Virus record (IMG/VR): IMGVR_UViG_3300026549_000030
Location: 64,001-128,000 of that record
Direction: 5' to 3' (one strand)
Length of the DNA stretch: 64,000 nt
DNA from: a virus
Lineage: Duplodnaviria > Caudoviricetes
Numbering within the stretch: position 1 is the first letter of the stretch; the number at the start of each line of letters is the position of its first letter. The notes beneath the pieces are model-generated. The model made no database searches. It was not told the origin of the DNA and saw only the letters and a list, made by a program, of their open reading frames with translations. The position numbers were made by a program, and so were the translations under genes. Below are positions 58,756-64,000 of this stretch, in pieces.

Positions 58756-60576
58756 CTAATAAATAGTTTTAACGAGCCTATTCTTCTCGAAAAGATAGTT
58801 GCTCTTAATCTCGTTATATTCAAGTGGGCACGTATAAAATTTGAATGACTCGATATCGCCAACGAATGTTCCCGCAAAATTCTGTTCGATTGGAAGAATT
58901 TTATCGAAAGCGCGGTTGTAGTCAACCCATACACTATCGCAAAGCCCTTGTGTCCCGCCGCCAACGGAAATATTGAAAGGAACGCCCTCCTGCTTGCTGT
59001 AAACGTCGTCCAGTTCCCTGAAATTAAATTCAGGCATTTCCTTGGAAACATATTTCAGATATCCGTCAATATAGATACTGATTCTCATTTTCCTTTCAGT
59101 GAACGGAATTCCGCAATCATCAACTCCGCCCCTGACAATCCAGAACAGAACGTTTACCGTGTGCCATTCATTACTTGACACAAGCCCTGAGTATGTTGAA
59201 TCTTCCATAACTGAGAATCCCGTTTCAGAATCACAATCCTTTATTAGATACCTGAATCCGATACTTCCGTCCTCGTTCCATTTAAGTGCGAACGCATTAC
59301 CCTTGATAGACTTGATAAAGTCATATTCTTTCTTTGTTGCTGAATAGTAACTGTCAAGTGTATCTACGGTATATCCGCTCTTCGTTCTGTTCATAATAAG
59401 GAAAAGGTTTCCCGTGTGGAAATCCTCAGTCGTTCCCGTCAATATAATTTCAGTATCCTCGTCCCAATTAGCTGTTGTAAATCCGTATTTTGTTCTGTTG
59501 AATGTAAGGAACTTATTGTCTGTCTTTATCTCGTAGTAGCCCGTTTCCTCGACAGGGCGTCCGTCTGAGGTGTAGAACGTCATTCCTGAGAGGGTAATGT
59601 CCGAATCATAGTACCCATCGTCGCCCGTCCAATATGTTGAGCAATCCTGTACTTCCTCTCCCTCGTCAGGTGTATCTCCGCTCGGTTTCTTTCCTCCGCA
59701 GCCGCACTTCCCGTACCAATCCGTTCCTTTGTTCGTAAGGAATCCGTAAAGAAGTAATGCGCGTCCCTTGTTGAAATCCGTATCAATTGTTTCCGTGCAT
59801 TTCTTATTCACTTCCTTTGCCTCCTCAAAACTATCGGCAAAATATTGACAGTCAGTCGGCGTTCCGCTATTGTTTCTCTCGCGTGTCTTATATGAAGTGA
59901 AATCTGCATTGTAAATTTGAGCAAATTTATTCTCAGCACGCGTACCCATATAGAAGAATATTCCCTTGTTCTCAGGGTAAATCATATTCAGTGTATCCTC
60001 TTCCTGTTCATAATCCCTCGGACGAAGAACGAATTCAGCGTTCCACCCAAGTTCAATATATTGAGGAAGTACCTGATAATCATATCCGAACAATTTATAG
60101 AAGCCTTGGAAGAATCCACCTTTCAATTCATAGTATCCTTCCTCGTTGTATGACATAGGATAACTGTAAAGTCCCGTATTTCCTGTTACAGCCGTAAGCC
60201 TTAGAGAAGTATCAATCGGAAGTTCAGGTGCTGACTTTGTTGTGAAAATATCGTAGAATTCCTTATTCGTAATCCTATCCCAACCGCCGTAGTAGATATA
60301 CCCGTTATCAATTCCCGTATATCCAATATTCTTCAATGCGATACCACCGTTAACTGATTTCTCCCAAGTATATTGGGGGAGAGAACGTACACGGTTTATT
60401 GCCTCTATGCAATTTTTATTTGAGAAGTCTATATATGCAGACAAACATCTTTCGGTTAATGTAGCGCTTGCGGAAGCAGAAGGAGTATAGTTCTTTGAAA
60501 GAACAAAATCCAAGTTATGAACCTCCGAAGGCACTATTTTAAGCCCCCAATGTTTGTATTTATTTAAAACTGTCAT
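58756..60576 (-). CDS. Putative structural protein, LamG/concanavalin-like
   Basis: 'EWHTVNV…ISIYIDG…ISVGGG…FVGDIESFKFYTCPLEYNEIKSNY'. Confidence 0.6.
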   Translation of the reverse strand: MTVLNKYKHWGLKIVPSEVHNLDFVLSKNYTPSASASATLTERCLSAYIDFSNKNCIEAINRVRSLPQYTWEKSVNGGIALKNIGYTGIDNGYIYYGGWDRITNKEFYDIFTTKSAPELPIDTSLRLTAVTGNTGLYSYPMSYNEEGYYELKGGFFQGFYKLFGYDYQVLPQYIELGWNAEFVLRPRDYEQEEDTLNMIYPENKGIFFYMGTRAENKFAQIYNADFTSYKTRERNNSGTPTDCQYFADSFEEAKEVNKKCTETIDTDFNKGRALLLYGFLTNKGTDWYGKCGCGGKKPSGDTPDEGEEVQDCSTYWTGDDGYYDSDITLSGMTFYTSDGRPVEETGYYEIKTDNKFLTFNRTKYGFTTANWDEDTEIILTGTTEDFHTGNLFLIMNRTKSGYTVDTLDSYYSATKKEYDFIKSIKGNAFALKWNEDGSIGFRYLIKDCDSETGFSVMEDSTYSGLVSSNEWHTVNVLFWIVRGGVDDCGIPFTERKMRISIYIDGYLKYVSKEMPEFNFRELDDVYSKQEGVPFNISVGGGTQGLCDSVWVDYNRAFDKILPIEQNFAGTFVGDIESFKFYTCPLEYNEIKSNYLFEKNRLVKTIY

Positions 60577-60600
60577 GCCCGAATAATTGAAATAATTTCC

Positions 60601-60620
60601 TCTATAAATATATTTATAGA
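60601..60620. promoter_or_regulatory. Palindromic, bidirectional late-promoter-like site
   Basis: Perfect palindrome tctataaata|tatttataga between divergent genes. Confidence 0.6.
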
Positions 60621-60638
60621 AAACAAATTACGTTCAAA

Positions 60639-61268
60639 ATGAGAAAAGTTACCTTCACGGAAGAACAAATGCGTAGAATACTTGGAGAAGCCGCCGACGA
60701 CTTTATCCTAAATCTTGGCGATTCAGGAGAAATTCCCGGCAATGCTTATGGCACCGAAGTATTCACGAACAATATCGATCCTGATGCAAACGACGACGTT
60801 ACAACTGCTGATAACTTCTCAAGAAAGAGGAGTAGGACTAACAGGCTGTTCGCACGCACAAGGACATATGAAAGTGTTAATGAATCTACTTTCGACGACA
60901 ATAGAGGATTAAATTTCGGAAAAAACGAGAAGGATGCTATCGTTTCACAAAGCGCAAGCGATAACGCAGGTAAAATGCTGAAAAACATATCAAAGGATAT
61001 CAATAATGGCGGAACCAGAAACAACACGAACCAAGTGAGGCTCAGCAGGCTGCAGGCACAGAAGAAATCAGACCCTGTTGCCTATGCAAAGAATGGCGGT
61101 GACAACACAGTCAAGGCGTTGAAGAATGCAACAAGAAAGGTGAGCTCGACAAATACCGCAGTAAAAACGGCTTTCGACAACTCTCCAATCAACCAAACTC
61201 CCGACGCAAATAAGGGAGCAGGAAAGGGCCACCACGAAAATAATGAAGCTTCAATATATTATTATTGA
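60639..61268 (+). CDS. Hypothetical protein with F-T-E-E-Q-M leader
   Basis: 'MRKVTFTEEQMRRILGE'. Confidence 0.7.
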   Translation: MRKVTFTEEQMRRILGEAADDFILNLGDSGEIPGNAYGTEVFTNNIDPDANDDVTTADNFSRKRSRTNRLFARTRTYESVNESTFDDNRGLNFGKNEKDAIVSQSASDNAGKMLKNISKDINNGGTRNNTNQVRLSRLQAQKKSDPVAYAKNGGDNTVKALKNATRKVSSTNTAVKTAFDNSPINQTPDANKGAGKGHHENNEASIYYY

Positions 61269-61308
61269 TTTTTTAAAAAGAATAACTAAAATTAAAAACA
61301 GATAAACT

Positions 61309-61719
61309 ATGGCAAAGCAAAGCAGACTCGACTTAGAGGGACAGGAATATAGGAAAAATGAAATTCCTGGTAAGAATAGATATGATTCTTTAACCAATCC
61401 CTACGACGCGAACCACGAAGATGCTAAGGCACACGACGACAGCCCTTGGGGTAAGGGTACAGGTAAGTCAATGACATATGCAGTCCGCGATTTAACGGCT
61501 CCTAAGTCAAAGATTAACTACAGCACCCTCGACACAAGCGAGCAGGCTGGCGGTATGTACGACAAATACGGCGCAAAGGGCGTTAAGGGTGCATTCCAAG
61601 GCGACGCCGGTAGAGAGTGGGGTAAGACCATAAACATTTACAGCAAGGGTGATAAGGAATACGGCCCTAACTCCGTTGACGTTGACACCTCTGTAAAGGG
61701 ACAGTTCTTTGTAAAGTAA
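61309..61719 (+). CDS. Hypothetical protein
   Basis: 136-aa Gly/Lys/Asp-rich ORF. Confidence 0.7.
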   Translation: MAKQSRLDLEGQEYRKNEIPGKNRYDSLTNPYDANHEDAKAHDDSPWGKGTGKSMTYAVRDLTAPKSKINYSTLDTSEQAGGMYDKYGAKGVKGAFQGDAGREWGKTINIYSKGDKEYGPNSVDVDTSVKGQFFVK

Positions 61720-61720
61720 A

Positions 61721-62587
61721 ATGGACTACGCTCAGAGGGTTATAAGAGAATTACTCGAGGAAGAGGTTCAGCAGAACGTACTTATCAACGCAATTAAAAA
61801 GCGTCACGAGGTTTCATTCGTGTACGATAGCGGAGACGGAGATAAGCGCGGAAAGGCTGAACGTATCACCGTGCAGCCCGTTTGTTATGGATTGACAAGC
61901 GCGGGAAATCCTTGCTTCAGAGCATATCAGGTGCTCGGAAGTTCGGAAAGCGGTGAGAAGGGCGAACGCCCCGTTCCCGGGTGGAGGCTCTTCCTACTGA
62001 GCAAGGTTGTTGATAATTCTTTGAAAGACTCGGGAAAGGTATTCAACAAGCCACCCATGTACAACGAGAACGGAGACAAAACAATGTACGAGGTACTTGT
62101 GAAGGCGGACTTTGCAGGCTCGTCTAAGAGATACGAGCGAGGTGGACTCAAGAGATACAACGATGAACGCCACGCGAAAAACGTTGAAAAGAATCCGTTC
62201 TACGACTTTGAGAAGCAACTTAATAAGAAAAAGATTGCACCTGATTATGTTCTTAGAAATATCGACAGGACACAAGTCAGCAAAGCCGAAAGAGACAGGC
62301 AATGGGATTTGGCTCAAAACGCTGCGAAGGGAAACAACCCCTCAATCGCTGATATGGCGAAACAGAAGGATTTCGGAAACGATCAACAGCAGCAGACGAG
62401 CGGACCTCAAAGAAAGGGGCAAAGGAATGAAGTTCCGAAGCAATCAAACAAGCCCATTGATTATTCAAAGGCACAGCAGAACGGTCCAAGGTACAAAGGC
62501 GAAAATTTAAGAACAGATAACGAAGATAACAGTCAAGAAAATGAATATAGGCAACGCACTGGCGAAGGCACAGAGACTAATGCTTGA
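61721..62587 (+). CDS. WYL-like domain protein with disordered tail
   Basis: 'LINAIKKRHEVSFVY…RITVQPVCYG…FRAYQ…WRLFLLSKV'. Confidence 0.6.
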   Translation: MDYAQRVIRELLEEEVQQNVLINAIKKRHEVSFVYDSGDGDKRGKAERITVQPVCYGLTSAGNPCFRAYQVLGSSESGEKGERPVPGWRLFLLSKVVDNSLKDSGKVFNKPPMYNENGDKTMYEVLVKADFAGSSKRYERGGLKRYNDERHAKNVEKNPFYDFEKQLNKKKIAPDYVLRNIDRTQVSKAERDRQWDLAQNAAKGNNPSIADMAKQKDFGNDQQQQTSGPQRKGQRNEVPKQSNKPIDYSKAQQNGPRYKGENLRTDNEDNSQENEYRQRTGEGTETNA

Positions 62588-63215
62588 CGAGAATTGGAAC
62601 AGGCAGGTAGAAATCGGTGCAGCAGCACATAAAGGAAAATCAATAAACGGCGGCGGCGGTAATGACCTCGCTGCATTAGAAGCGCAGGCATTCGGACACT
62701 CAATGTCGGCACAACAACCAAGCTACTCCCCCGTAACGGAGCACACATTAATGGAAGCGCAGAGAAGGAGCCGCCCAGGAATTAATGACGGTACCCCTAT
62801 CCAAATGCTCCAAGAACAGTATCAGACTCCAAATCCGCAGAACTCAAGGCTCCCACAGAGCGTTCTTAAGTCATTCGCGGAAATGCCGCCACTTTCAGGT
62901 GATGACGGATACTCAGAGGTTCCTCAATCATATTTCGAATCTCTCAGCCTTCAGCAACCAAGGCAGCAATATGCCCCTCAGCCGCAATATCAGCAGCCAA
63001 TGCAGTACGGAAATGTTGGCGGTGTAGATTACGGCTTAATCAAGAGGCTTGTCGCGGAAGCTCTTCAAGAAAGCAGGGGCTTATTGACAGAAGGCGCAGC
63101 CGGACCAAATATTCGCGGAATGAGAATTACAGACGGAAGCGTTATTCAATTTATTGATATGAAGGGTAATCTCTATGAGGGAACATTAAAACTTAAGAAG
63201 AAAGCGCAAAAATAA
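62541..63215 (+). CDS. Hypothetical Gln/Pro-rich protein
   Basis: 224-aa ORF followed by a terminator hairpin at about 63237-63275. Confidence 0.65.
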   Translation: MNIGNALAKAQRLMLDENWNRQVEIGAAAHKGKSINGGGGNDLAALEAQAFGHSMSAQQPSYSPVTEHTLMEAQRRSRPGINDGTPIQMLQEQYQTPNPQNSRLPQSVLKSFAEMPPLSGDDGYSEVPQSYFESLSLQQPRQQYAPQPQYQQPMQYGNVGGVDYGLIKRLVAEALQESRGLLTEGAAGPNIRGMRITDGSVIQFIDMKGNLYEGTLKLKKKAQK

Positions 63216-63321
63216 ACTTTTAATCTACAAACTATTAAAACCCGCAGGTTTACCTGTTGGTTTTTTTTCTTTTTTATCTTTACAAATTGCCAAAAAGATT
63301 TATTTTCAAATAAAAAAGAAG

Positions 63322-64000
63322 ATGAGTAAAATCAAAATTTTAGTTGTACCTTCTGACAATAGGGGCGGCGTCGGATTTTACCGTTCAACACAGCCGCATA
63401 TTGAGTTGGAAAAACAATTTCCTGACGAATTTGAAGTAACGATTGATATGAGCCCGAATTTCTCGGACCCTCAGTCACTTGAAAAGTATGATATAATTCA
63501 TATTCATAAAGGACTGTTTCCTGAGAATTTAATGCCCACATTCCATCAGACATTGGAATACCTCAACAGCAAGGGTGTGGTAACAATTATGGATATTGAC
63601 GACCATTGGAGCCTCAGTATGTACCACCCTATGTTCGCAGGACAGAGATATACGAAGTCTGACGTTGCGGTAAGAGATAACCTTCACCGTTTCTCGTGGG
63701 TTACGACCACCACGCCAATCTTCGCAAAGGAAATTTCAAAGTTCAATAAGAACGTAATGGTTCTTCCTAACGCGATTGATCCTACTGACAGCAGATTCGC
63801 TGTTAACAAGAATCCTTCAAAACTTCTTCGCGTTGGATTGGTTATGGGTTCCGCTCACGAACACGACGTTGCGTTATTGAACAATCTCCCAAGGCGCAAA
63901 GACGTTCAATATGTTCTCTGCGGTTACGACCTTCGCGGAACGATTCGTGAATTTGACAGGGCTACGGGAAAATCAGTAGAGCGTCCTATTAAACCTGAGG
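63322..64000 (+). CDS. Glycosyltransferase (GT-B-like), partial
   Basis: Manual translation MSKIKILVVPSDNRGGVGFYRSTQPH…MDIDDHW…VTTTTP…VLPNAID…VGLVMGSAHEHDV, open to the window end. Confidence 0.75.
   Translation, partial: MSKIKILVVPSDNRGGVGFYRSTQPHIELEKQFPDEFEVTIDMSPNFSDPQSLEKYDIIHIHKGLFPENLMPTFHQTLEYLNSKGVVTIMDIDDHWSLSMYHPMFAGQRYTKSDVAVRDNLHRFSWVTTTTPIFAKEISKFNKNVMVLPNAIDPTDSRFAVNKNPSKLLRVGLVMGSAHEHDVALLNNLPRRKDVQYVLCGYDLRGTIREFDRATGKSVERPIKPE

Noticed and set aside
1-64000. Stop-codon reassignment as in some gut and rumen phages
   Set aside because: Genes are full length and densely packed under the standard code, and TAG, TGA and TAA all end genes next to downstream starts or terminators.
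1-64000. CRISPR array, tRNA genes or a second DGR target
   Set aside because: I saw no repeat-spacer periodicity, cloverleaf or second VR copy by eye. tRNAscan and a self-alignment would be needed to exclude them fully.

Overview
This is a 64-kb segment of a large contractile-tailed (myovirus-type) dsDNA phage. The host is probably Bacteroidota: TAnnTTTG promoter elements, little obvious Shine-Dalgarno signal, a Bacteroidales-type TonB-dependent receptor and a Bacteroidales-type adhesin all point that way. It carries replication and nucleotide genes (nrdD/nrdG, DnaB-like helicase, 5'-3' exonuclease, RecA-like, ClpP-like, thymidine kinase, SSB, SNF2 helicase, family-B polymerase). It also carries tail, baseplate and neck genes (tube, sheath, tape measure, hub with amidase) and several free-standing endonucleases. 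Highlights: (1) The PolB gene is broken twice. A naturally split intein sits in the GD|TDG catalytic motif, with a Vsr-like endonuclease gene between the two halves. An ORF-less group I intron (55202-55529) interrupts the second half. The endonuclease start is locked in an 18-bp hairpin whose loop holds a late-type promoter motif, and the second half has its own host-type promoter. (2) There is a complete diversity-generating retroelement (target/VR, avd, TR, RT); all 12 TR-VR differences fall at TR adenines. (3) An intact 1101-aa TonB-dependent outer-membrane receptor forms its own transcription unit. (4) A sense-strand TATTTAT motif recurs upstream of structural genes, and a family of proteins shares an L-T/N-E-x-Q-L N-terminal leader. 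(5) A candidate +1 frameshift lies just before the tape measure gene. Family assignments come from motif recognition by eye, not from database searches.
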